Assembly: GCA_023229825.1 (NCBI GenBank)
Contig: JALNYN010000001.1
Span: forward strand, 14,422-78,421
Source: Minisyncoccota bacterium
Lineage (GTDB): Bacteria > Patescibacteriota > Minisyncoccia > Phycocordibacterales > CAIJYI01
Direction: 5' to 3'
DNA length: 64,000 nucleotides
The notes under the pieces were generated by a model. That model had not been told where the DNA came from, ran no database searches, and saw nothing but the letters and a program-made list of their open reading frames with translations. Each line of letters opens with the position of its first letter. The stretch's first letter is position 1. Positions 17,748 through 26,429 of the stretch are shown here, piece after piece. A program made the position numbers and the translations under genes.

Positions 17748-18356
17748 ATGGAAACAACACATCCGAAAAAAGAGCGTACATTTGTACTTTTGAAACCAGA
17801 CGCGATCCAGCGCGGGCTTATTGGGGAAGTGGTTCATCGCATTGAGCGCACGGGGTTGAAACTCATTGCTCTCAAAATAATCATTGCGACGCGTGAGCAG
17901 GCGATGGGGCATTATTTCAAAGACGATGCATGGTGCGAAGATAAGGGGTCAAAAACGGTCGCTGCGCTCAAAGCGGCGGGAAAAAGGCCGAAAAAAACCG
18001 CTATCGAATTCGGGCGCGATATCGTCCGAGCTCTTGCCGATTTTATTACGAGCGGACCGGTCGTCGTGATGATCTGGCAGGGCAATGAAGCGATCGGCGT
18101 GGTTAGAAAACTCGCCGGAGGAACGGAGCCGACGACCTCCGATGTCGGAACGATCCGAGGAGATCTTACGATCGATTCTTATCGAATGGCAAATGTCGAT
18201 TCGCGCGCGGTCAGAAATCTTATTCACTGCTCAGACAAACCGGAAGAAGCGGAAAGAGAAATAAAAATTTGGTTTAGTAAAGATGAGCAATTGAAATACC
18301 GGCTGTTGAACGAAGAAATTTTGTACGACATCAATTTGGACGGAATACTGGAATAA
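17748..18356 (+). CDS. ndk: nucleoside diphosphate kinase (with internal insertion)
   Basis: N-terminal ERTFVLLKPDAIQRGL...; catalytic-His region. Confidence 0.85.
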   Translation: METTHPKKERTFVLLKPDAIQRGLIGEVVHRIERTGLKLIALKIIIATREQAMGHYFKDDAWCEDKGSKTVAALKAAGKRPKKTAIEFGRDIVRALADFITSGPVVVMIWQGNEAIGVVRKLAGGTEPTTSDVGTIRGDLTIDSYRMANVDSRAVRNLIHCSDKPEEAEREIKIWFSKDEQLKYRLLNEEILYDINLDGILE

Positions 18357-18416
18357 AAACTCGAAATACGAAGCACGAATCCGCCGGTTGGCGGACGAAA
18401 CAATATCAAAATACTA

Positions 18417-18456
18417 AATCCGAAACGCGGCAAACGTGTTTCGGATTTTTGTTTTT
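18417..18456 (+). terminator. rho-independent terminator after ndk
   Basis: AATCCGAAACGCGGCAAACGTGTTTCGGATTTTTGTTTTT. Confidence 0.7.
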
Positions 18457-18546
18457 ATATCGGAATACTTATCCCCGCGTTTTTGCATTAACGCGTTTTT
18501 TTTTGATATAATGAAAGTATTAAATTAGTTTGTTAATTTAAAACAT

Positions 18547-21500
18547 ATGTACAAAAAGTTTTTGGAAAGCCCCATTCACCACAAGATTATTTTTGCAACC
18601 ATCGCTTTGGTGGTACTTTTGCTCCTCACTTTTGCGGGAATTTTTTATGCAAAAAAAGCGTTTACCTACCCCGCGCCTTCTTTCCCGAATTATTTTCGCA
18701 TGCCGACCGACCCGTCGCACATGAGAGGAGAAACAGACGGAACCGGAACACATTTTGCGATTACCGACAGCGAATATCTGAACATTACGCTTGATAGTAC
18801 AGAAACCGTTGATATGCGCCTCACTTCAATTCCGAAAGTGATCACGATGATGTTTGAGGCAACCACCACCGCAACCCGTTCGGCAAGCTCAGGGCAAGCA
18901 ACCGCTCAAATCACGCTCTCCGGCTTGGCATCAAACACAACCTACTACAAATACGAAGACGATTATCACCATCTCGCACAATTCACTTCCGACAACAACG
19001 GAGCGTATACGTATACGCAAGATATTTCCGTTCAACATTTCGTCTTCATTCAAACCGTAAAAAGCACAAAATTCATCGTGGACAACATCACAGGGGGCGA
19101 CTGTTCAACGATTGGAACTTGGAACGCGGGAACCAAAACATGTACGCTCACCCAAGACCTCACTGAAACCGTGCAAATAGACAGCGATGGCGTTACTTTT
19201 GACGGCAACGGACATAAAATAACGATAACGCCGGATTATACCGCCAATGGAGTATATATTTCCGGAAAAGCAAGTACGACAGTAAAGAATCTTACCGTCA
19301 ACGGCGCCTATGAGGGTATTTTTCTTTTTCTAAACAGCGGTGTCCGTGTTTCAAAAAATACTTTTACCGGTAATATGGACGGTATCTATCTCCGGTTCGG
19401 CGGCGATAACGCGATCAAAAGCAATGTCGTTAGCGATAATTATCGTAACGGAATTACCGTTTACGATTCAACCAACAACCAAATTCTTGAAAATACGGCG
19501 ATGGGAAATAATTATTCCGATTTCAATATCCAAGAAGATTATATCGGTTCCGCCATATGCGACAATATCATAACCGGCAACATCGGATTCGGCGGTCGTC
19601 CCATCGGTTTCTTCAATTCTCCAACGACATTAAACGGCGGTACATTTTCAGAGCTTATCCTCTGCGATGCCGACAGCTCTGACATAAGAAATGTGACGAT
19701 TAAAAGCTCTGACAATGGCTTTGGTGGCGGTGGTTTGCTCGCGTTTTATACTGACCATGCAAATTTCAACAATAGTACATCCAACGACAATATTCACGGC
19801 GTGCATTTACACAAATCTCATTCAAACATTTTTGAGAACGTTACCGTAATGCATGACGGTTACAATGTTTTGCTTGATAATTCCAACTCAAATATTCTAA
19901 AAAATATTTCTGCGGGCAGTGACGGATTCATTCAATTCACATTGGCGAATGATAACGAATTGGACGGAGCCACAATTGATGAATCAGCCGGCATTGGCTT
20001 TTATTACCAGAGTAATTCCAATCGCCTTCATAATTTCACCTTTCCCGACCAATGCCAAATATATACCGACAATAGAGGGAGTACCGGCAATTTGATTTAC
20101 AACAACAATTTTATCGGTGGGCAGTGTCAAATAACGGGAATGACCGGAAACTCTTTCAACCTCCCGAAACCGATTGGCGGGAATTACTGGAGCGATTATG
20201 ATACACCCGCGGAAGGATGCAGTGATGTGGACAGCGACGGCTTTTGTGATGCGCCGTATGTTTTTGTCGGCGCGCAAGACAATCTTCCGTGGACGAGACA
20301 GGATGGGTGGAAAGTCACGGTTGATATCGGACAAGCCGCCTCTGATTTGGCGAAACTTGTGGTTGACGGGCAATATCTTGGAGACGGCAATACGTGGGGC
20401 GGCAAAGGATGGGATCCCAATCAAGCTAAATATGTCACGCCGAGTGAGATTTTTGCCGGATATCATTTTTGGAATAATGCTATTTCGGTAAGAGCAATTG
20501 ATTTTGGAGCGGGAGTTGATTGTTCCGGACTGGTGCAGTGGTCATTCAACCGGTCGTTCGACCCCAATAAGAGTTTGTTGAAAAATGTGATTCGTTATGA
20601 CAACGCCGACGGTCAATTCAGGAATAACTCAGTTCCTCTCACTGAATTAGAACTTCGTCCGGGCGATTTGCTGTTTCTTGATAAAAACCTCAACGGCGTT
20701 AGGGATCATGTCGGGATGTTTGTGGGCGGTAACGCGGCGTCAGATGTGGTAGAATCGCATTCCCCGATACGTGGCATCATATCCTCTAGTAAAATTGAAT
20801 TTAAAACAAGAGATGGGTTTATAGAAAATCAAAGCATTAGACGAGTAGTTATTAGTCCCACGATAGCCGGACAGATTAATGCTGGTTCTCCGATTGATCT
20901 TACTGTGACCGATCCGGAAGGATTCACACTTACTCCCGAAACAGCAATTCAAACAGACGATGAGCTCCTCCGCGAAGTGCCGGGAGAACTTTACTATACG
21001 GAAAATGTTCTCGGATCAGACGGGCATCCGGAGGATATTATTTATTGGCCGGTTCAAAAAAACGGGGATTATCTCATTACGGTTACGGCCGAGCCCGATG
21101 CGGCGCCAACCGAAACCTTTGATTTGACTTTTATTTCCGGGACTGGCTCTACCACGATAGTAGCATCAAATATTCCAATCTCAGAAATACCTGCTCAATC
21201 TTACATAATCAGGTCTTCGGACGGCAATTTTGAAAAAGTTATTCCGGCAAAAATAAAAATCAAACCTGAAACGATGAATCTTGCGAGTGGCGGAATCATT
21301 ACCGTTGCACTCCAGTTTGACCCCGGTTTCGGTGTCGTGGTACATGATATCGCCACTTCCACCCTCCGGCTCGCAGGTGCACGGCCGATACGAACCGCTA
21401 TTGAAGTGGAGGAAAAGATACCGCCGCCTAAGAACGAAAAGACAAGCAAAAAACAAAAAGACCATGGAGAATATGAGGATGATGAAGAAATGGAAGTTTT

Positions 21501-21729
21501 GACTTTGGTCGCGAAGTTCCGCACGAAAGATTTGACCGGCGTTTCCGTCGGCAAGAAAGTTCCACTCGTGCTGACAGCCCGGCTCTCTGGTGGTATGAAG
21601 GCTGAAGGAACCGATACGGTTGAAATAATAAGCAAAGGCGCATTTTCAGTCTTATCTGATGCGTTTACGCAGCTTGCCGGCGTTTTGACGGCCACCCGGA
21701 AATTATTCGCTCAATTGCCAGGATTATAA
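18547..21729 (+). CDS. membrane-anchored cell-wall hydrolase: parallel beta-helix repeats fused to an NlpC/P60 domain plus C-terminal beta-rich domains
   Basis: N-terminal TM; beta-helix repeats (NxxGIxL, SxNxVxxN); NlpC/P60 Cys-His: GVDCSGLV ... DHVGMFVGG. Confidence 0.8.
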   Translation: MYKKFLESPIHHKIIFATIALVVLLLLTFAGIFYAKKAFTYPAPSFPNYFRMPTDPSHMRGETDGTGTHFAITDSEYLNITLDSTETVDMRLTSIPKVITMMFEATTTATRSASSGQATAQITLSGLASNTTYYKYEDDYHHLAQFTSDNNGAYTYTQDISVQHFVFIQTVKSTKFIVDNITGGDCSTIGTWNAGTKTCTLTQDLTETVQIDSDGVTFDGNGHKITITPDYTANGVYISGKASTTVKNLTVNGAYEGIFLFLNSGVRVSKNTFTGNMDGIYLRFGGDNAIKSNVVSDNYRNGITVYDSTNNQILENTAMGNNYSDFNIQEDYIGSAICDNIITGNIGFGGRPIGFFNSPTTLNGGTFSELILCDADSSDIRNVTIKSSDNGFGGGGLLAFYTDHANFNNSTSNDNIHGVHLHKSHSNIFENVTVMHDGYNVLLDNSNSNILKNISAGSDGFIQFTLANDNELDGATIDESAGIGFYYQSNSNRLHNFTFPDQCQIYTDNRGSTGNLIYNNNFIGGQCQITGMTGNSFNLPKPIGGNYWSDYDTPAEGCSDVDSDGFCDAPYVFVGAQDNLPWTRQDGWKVTVDIGQAASDLAKLVVDGQYLGDGNTWGGKGWDPNQAKYVTPSEIFAGYHFWNNAISVRAIDFGAGVDCSGLVQWSFNRSFDPNKSLLKNVIRYDNADGQFRNNSVPLTELELRPGDLLFLDKNLNGVRDHVGMFVGGNAASDVVESHSPIRGIISSSKIEFKTRDGFIENQSIRRVVISPTIAGQINAGSPIDLTVTDPEGFTLTPETAIQTDDELLREVPGELYYTENVLGSDGHPEDIIYWPVQKNGDYLITVTAEPDAAPTETFDLTFISGTGSTTIVASNIPISEIPAQSYIIRSSDGNFEKVIPAKIKIKPETMNLASGGIITVALQFDPGFGVVVHDIATSTLRLAGARPIRTAIEVEEKIPPPKNEKTSKKQKDHGEYEDDEEMEVLTLVAKFRTKDLTGVSVGKKVPLVLTARLSGGMKAEGTDTVEIISKGAFSVLSDAFTQLAGVLTATRKLFAQLPGL

Positions 21730-21732
21730 AAT

Positions 21733-22338
21733 ATGTTCACCAAAAGAAAAACTTTTTTTCTGCTATTCGCTCTTTTTGCGGCCACATTTATCGTCCTTGC
21801 TTATTGGTTTTTCATCATTAAAAAACCTGTTCAATTGCAACAAAAAAAGGGAGATGAGCCAAGACTTGAACAAGGTATCCCACTGCCGTCAAACGAACCG
21901 GCTACCGTACCGCTACCGCCCGTCTACGCAACAACATCGTCGGAAATAAAACTTTATCGCAACGAAAAATGGGGATTTGTGTTTGAGTATCCAAACGATT
22001 GGATTGTGAAAGAAAATACCTTCGGAAGCCATTACAGTAAATTTAACCTCGTGGTAAATCCTGGATTGGTACGGAGCTCTAATTTCACGATTTCATTAAA
22101 TATCGTTTTGCCGGAATTTCCGGATCGCAGTTTCGAGAATATAGAAAAAATTACCACTAGTGTAGTTGTTGCCGGTGTCCCCGGGATTAAGTATCAATAC
22201 GAGTTTGAGGGTAGCCAAGAAACAGCCATTATTGTACCTCTTAGAGATTATAAGTTAATTTTAGGCATGGATAATAAACAGTATGAAGATGAATTTGCTT
22301 CATTTCTCGCTTCGTTCAAGTTCACCGGTATCCAGTGA
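21733..22338 (+). CDS. hypothetical membrane-anchored protein (paralog pair)
   Basis: Shares YRNE(K/E)WGF.FEYP.DW.VKEN.F.S.YSKF with 22585-23040; starts 4 nt after the upstream stop. Confidence 0.6.
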   Translation: MFTKRKTFFLLFALFAATFIVLAYWFFIIKKPVQLQQKKGDEPRLEQGIPLPSNEPATVPLPPVYATTSSEIKLYRNEKWGFVFEYPNDWIVKENTFGSHYSKFNLVVNPGLVRSSNFTISLNIVLPEFPDRSFENIEKITTSVVVAGVPGIKYQYEFEGSQETAIIVPLRDYKLILGMDNKQYEDEFASFLASFKFTGIQ

Positions 22339-22584
22339 AATTTGACCGGAGCGCGATTATTCCGACGATTCCTCCGAAAGGAACGACGGCAACGATGACC
22401 ATAGAAGGAAATATCCCACATCAAGGGAAAACGCTTTCTTTTGAAGGACAAGATGTTATTAAAGTAATCCGCTGAACATAAAATTATAAAAAAACAATCC
22501 TAATTTTCTCTATTATTGTTCTAGCTACAATTCTTACAGTCAGTTTATTATTTCTTTCTTTCTACTAAGAAGGTCGTTTCTCAT

Positions 22585-23040
22585 GTGCAAATTTCTAACG
22601 AGAATTTATCAGTAAATATTATTAAAGCAAGTTCTAGTCCAAAAAGCACTGAAAAGCATACAAAAACCTATCGCAACGAAGAGTGGGGTTTTGAGTTTGA
22701 GTATCCGGACGATTGGGAAGTGAAGGAGAATATTTTTGAAAGTTATTACAGTAAATTTTATGTCGTGATTAATCCGCTTTATACTCGCAGTTCGACCCAT
22801 ACAATTATAGTAAACGTTGTAAAACCTGAATTTCCAGAAAAAACTTTCAAAGGATTCAAAGGAAAGGAAATCTTAATCAATAAAATTAAGGGGGTTAGGT
22901 ATGAATATGGTTCAGAAAATTCGCGAGAAATAGCAATTGTTTTGCCGTTGGGACTTAATAAAATTATATTGGGAACTATTGATTTAAAATATGAACAGGA
23001 GTATGAGAAATTTCTTACCACCTTTAAATTTATAAAATAA
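22585..23040 (+). CDS. hypothetical protein, paralog of 21733-22338
   Basis: Sequence similarity read directly. Confidence 0.55.
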   Translation: MQISNENLSVNIIKASSSPKSTEKHTKTYRNEEWGFEFEYPDDWEVKENIFESYYSKFYVVINPLYTRSSTHTIIVNVVKPEFPEKTFKGFKGKEILINKIKGVRYEYGSENSREIAIVLPLGLNKIILGTIDLKYEQEYEKFLTTFKFIK

Positions 23041-23053
23041 TTTAAGGTGTATA

Positions 23054-23091
23054 AATAACGACCCTGCAAAAAACAGGGTCGTTATTTTTTT
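23054..23091 (+). terminator. rho-independent terminator
   Basis: ATAACGACCCTGCAAAAAACAGGGTCGTTATTTTTTT. Confidence 0.75.
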
Positions 23092-23199
23092 ATGTCAACG
23101 GAAAACTTTTTTGACTAAAAAAACCAGACAGGAAGTCAAGGAATATCCTAATTAACCCTGTATCATCTTTTTGCAAAATTCATGATCGGTAAGTATACT

Positions 23200-23353
23200 G
23201 TACTTGAGTCGCTCTATAATTCTTAGGTTAAATTATAAGAGAAGGGAATCTGACTCGAGACACATCGTGGTGTGCCACGGAAGATACCCACCTAGCATAA
23301 GGCTAAGAATTTCTCTGCGACTCAAAAAGGCCCCTTTTAAGGGGTCTTTTTTT
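23200..23353 (+). other. candidate small structured RNA or cis-regulatory leader ending in its own terminator (23325-23353)
   Basis: A second strong terminator (AAAAAGGCCCCTTTTAAGGGGTCTTTTTTT) with no credible ORF between two terminators; lies upstream of the membrane protein at 23414. Confidence 0.3.
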
Positions 23354-23413
23354 ACATGCTTAGGTTTCATTGGGAAAAAGGATACTTTCCTTGTATAATG
23401 GATTAATATCTTC

Positions 23414-23833
23414 ATGATACGAAAACTGTATTCAATTTTCCTTCTCATTCTGATAACGGCCATTTGCGTCCTGAATTTTTATGCGTATCGTTTTCACTGG
23501 TACTGGGAGTTTTGGTGGTTTGATATCGTTATGCATACTCTCGGAGGCATGTGGGTGGCTTCCGCCGCTCTTTGGCTTCGATATTTTCGTAATAAAGACA
23601 GAGAGCAGGCAGTATTGCGTAAAAAATTCGTTTTATTTTTTTCCGTTTTTTCCGTTTATGTTATCGGCATCGGGTGGGAACTTTTTGAATTCAGTTTGGA
23701 TAGGTTCATAACTTTTAAAATTCACGATGCCGCCAATACCGCAAGCGATCTCTTTTTCGATGGAGTGGGCGGCCTTTTCGCTGTATTTCTTTTCTTCGCG
23801 GTGTATAATAAATATATGAAAATGGAAAATTGA
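23414..23833 (+). CDS. hypothetical multi-TM membrane protein
   Basis: 139-aa hydrophobic ORF. Confidence 0.5.
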   Translation: MIRKLYSIFLLILITAICVLNFYAYRFHWYWEFWWFDIVMHTLGGMWVASAALWLRYFRNKDREQAVLRKKFVLFFSVFSVYVIGIGWELFEFSLDRFITFKIHDAANTASDLFFDGVGGLFAVFLFFAVYNKYMKMEN

Positions 23834-23903
23834 AAATGGAAAAATAACGGATTTTCAATACTTATCTATTCTCTATTTTCAATTCTCAATTATCTAATAT
23901 TTT

Positions 23904-25265
23904 ATGAAAGCGAAACTTACATTTGCCGGAGGAACGGGCGGTCCGACGGGGGCCAATTTTTTGTTTGAAACATCGGATAAAAAAATACTCATCGACTGCG
24001 GTCTGACACAAGGAGACGAATCAGCGGAAGATCTGAATCGCGAAATGTTCCCATTCGATCCCGGGGCGATCGATATTCTTTTTGTCACCCATGCCCATAT
24101 TGATCATATCGGAAGAATTCCATTTCTTATAAAGAACGGATTTCGCGGAAAGATCTATTCCACTCCGCCGACTCGGGATCTCGCAGAGCCGATGCTTGAT
24201 GATACGCTGTCGCTCATGATCCACGAGGAGAGGAAAAAAGGAACGGAGCCGCTCTATGATGCGGTAGATATACGGCAAGCGCTTTCGCTTTGGACGGGAA
24301 TAGAATACCGAAAGGAAATTCCGGTTTCTGACGATCTCTCGGTCGTTTTCCATGATGCCGGTCATGTGCTCGGATCGGCAATGATCGAAGTTCGATATGG
24401 AAAAAAGAAAATGCTTTTTACCGGAGATCTGGGTAATTCTCCCTCATCGATACTTCGCGATACCGAATATGTCCCCGATATTGATTATGTGCTGATGGAG
24501 AGCGTGTATGGGGATCGCGAGCATGAACACAGAGATGAAAGGAGGGATCTGCTTGAAGATGTTGTAAAAGAATCGGTAAAAAAGAAAGGGGTTTTACTGA
24601 TCCCCGTTTTTTCTCTCGAAAGAACGCAGGATATTTTATTTGAGATCAATGAACTGGTGGAAAGCGGAAAAATTCCCGCCGTGCCGGTGTTTCTTGATTC
24701 TCCGCTCGGTATCAAGATAACGGAAATTTATAAGAAGAACAAAAAATATTTCAACGCAAGCGCGCAGGCGATCATTCAGGGAGGAGATGACATTTTTCAA
24801 TTTCCGAAACTTCATTTCACTGCGGATGTCGAGGATTCCAAAGCTATTCGCGGCGTTCATCCTCCAAAGATCATTTTGGCGGGTTCCGGCATGTCGAACG
24901 GAGGACGAATATTGCATCATGAAAAAGAGTATTTATCCGACCCGAAAACTACGCTGCTCTTCGTGGGTTATCAGGCGGTCGGGACCCCCGGAAGACTTTT
25001 GGAGAATGGAGAAAAGACCGTCCGTATCATGGGCGAAGAAATAAAAGTGCGCGCACACACCGCAACGATCCACGGCTACTCGGCTCATCGAGATATGAAT
25101 GGCTTGTTCGATTTTGTCGATCAAATGAGCGATACAGTGCAAAAAGTTTTCGTAGTGATGGGCGAACCGAAAGCGGCGACGTTTTTATCGCAAAGGATAC
25201 ATGATTATCTCGGTTTGGACGCGGTGGTGCCGAGATTGGGGGAAAGTATTGAGCTGGAATTTTAA
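23904..25265 (+). CDS. MBL-fold metallo-hydrolase with beta-CASP domain (RNase J / CPSF73-like RNA-processing nuclease)
   Basis: HAHIDHIG metal-binding motif, beta-CASP region, COG1236-like length. Confidence 0.8.
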   Translation: MKAKLTFAGGTGGPTGANFLFETSDKKILIDCGLTQGDESAEDLNREMFPFDPGAIDILFVTHAHIDHIGRIPFLIKNGFRGKIYSTPPTRDLAEPMLDDTLSLMIHEERKKGTEPLYDAVDIRQALSLWTGIEYRKEIPVSDDLSVVFHDAGHVLGSAMIEVRYGKKKMLFTGDLGNSPSSILRDTEYVPDIDYVLMESVYGDREHEHRDERRDLLEDVVKESVKKKGVLLIPVFSLERTQDILFEINELVESGKIPAVPVFLDSPLGIKITEIYKKNKKYFNASAQAIIQGGDDIFQFPKLHFTADVEDSKAIRGVHPPKIILAGSGMSNGGRILHHEKEYLSDPKTTLLFVGYQAVGTPGRLLENGEKTVRIMGEEIKVRAHTATIHGYSAHRDMNGLFDFVDQMSDTVQKVFVVMGEPKAATFLSQRIHDYLGLDAVVPRLGESIELEF

Positions 25266-25269
25266 ACGA

Positions 25270-25335
25270 GGTTTTAGGTGCTAGGTTTTAGGTGTTAGCT
25301 TGACGACGACAAGTAGTAAAATTAAAAGCTAACGG
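25270..25335. repeat. Family-C element, left arm (TTAGG heptamer-like repeats + ACGACGAC core + AAAAGCTAACGG)
   Basis: ggttttaggtgctaggttttaggtgttagcttgacgacgac...aaaagctaacgg; the right arm at 25758-25788 is its inverted complement. Confidence 0.7.
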
Positions 25336-25342
25336 CCGACAA

Positions 25343-25744
25343 TTGAATATTATGATAGAAACAAAACCAATTCATTCATATAGGGATTTGACTGTGTGGC
25401 AGCGCTCCATGCAATTAGTTCTTGTCATTTATCAAATTACAGAAAAGTTTCCCAAGGAAGAAATTTATGGCCTCACATCTCAAATGAGAAGATCCGCCGT
25501 GTCGATACCGTCGAATATTGCGGAAGGACGATTTAGAAATACAAGAAAAGATTTCGCACAGTTTCTGCGAATTGCGTATGGTTCTGGCGCTGAGCTTGAT
25601 ACACAGATAGAAATAGCAAGCCAATTACAAAAAACAAAAGACCTTGATTATCAAGAAGCGAGACAGTTACTTACTGAAGTATTAAAAATGCTAAACGCGC
25701 TGATCGCAAAAATATCCAAACCTGTTTCCGGTAGAAAACTTTGA
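25343..25744 (+). CDS. four-helix-bundle protein (23S rRNA-intervening-sequence protein family, PF05635)
   Basis: Hallmark TVWQRSMQLV..IY.IT.KFPKEE.YGLTSQMRRSAVSIPSNIAEG; sits between the inverted arms of a family-C element. Confidence 0.85.
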   Translation: MNIMIETKPIHSYRDLTVWQRSMQLVLVIYQITEKFPKEEIYGLTSQMRRSAVSIPSNIAEGRFRNTRKDFAQFLRIAYGSGAELDTQIEIASQLQKTKDLDYQEARQLLTEVLKMLNALIAKISKPVSGRKL

Positions 25745-25757
25745 TAGTTGCGTTAAA

Positions 25758-25788
25758 CTAACACCTAAAACCTAACAGCTAAAACCTC
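25758..25788. repeat. Family-C element, right arm (CTAACACCTAAAACCTAACAGCTAAAACC)
   Basis: Inverted complement of the left arm. Confidence 0.7.
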
Positions 25789-25796
25789 TTAAAAAC

Positions 25797-26408
25797 ATGA
25801 AACACTCATACAACAAAATTAAGCTCTGCGTTGCCGGTGCGGCGGCGACAGGACACTGCGGGCAGGGTGCCATGGAAATGGCGGAGAAACTCGGCCGCGA
25901 GATCGCCAAGCACGGCGCGGCTATCGTTACCGGAGCGACCACCGGATTCCCTCTGTGGGCTGCTATGGGGGCAAAGGAGGCCGGAGGGCTTTCGATCGGT
26001 CTTTCTCCCGCATCAAGCGAAAAGGAACACGTTGAGGCGTATCGCTTGCCGCTCGACTATATGGATGTCGTGGTATATACGGGATTCGGATATTCCGGAC
26101 GAAACCTTTTGCTTACGCGATCATCCGATGCGGTTTTTGTCGGTTGCGGAAGGATCGGTACCATCAATGAATTTACTGTCGCTTATGAGGACGGGAAACC
26201 CGTCGGAGTGCTTGAAGGCGGCTGGATGACGGACGAAGTGATAAAATTCATCATGAACGAAAGCCATCGCACGAATAAAAATATCGTATTCGATTCGGAC
26301 CCGAAACGCTTGGTGGAAAAAGTTATCGACATGGTACAGAAAAACAAATCCCATAATTTGGTATATAATAATGGGGTGCACCCGTCTCCGTATAAGGAAA
26401 TACTTTAA
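25797..26408 (+). CDS. LOG/TIGR00725-like Rossmann-fold nucleotide-binding protein
   Basis: GAAIVTGATTG ... GCGRIGTINEF motifs. Confidence 0.65.
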   Translation: MKHSYNKIKLCVAGAAATGHCGQGAMEMAEKLGREIAKHGAAIVTGATTGFPLWAAMGAKEAGGLSIGLSPASSEKEHVEAYRLPLDYMDVVVYTGFGYSGRNLLLTRSSDAVFVGCGRIGTINEFTVAYEDGKPVGVLEGGWMTDEVIKFIMNESHRTNKNIVFDSDPKRLVEKVIDMVQKNKSHNLVYNNGVHPSPYKEIL

Positions 26409-26429
26409 ACACGGCGCACAAACCTATTC

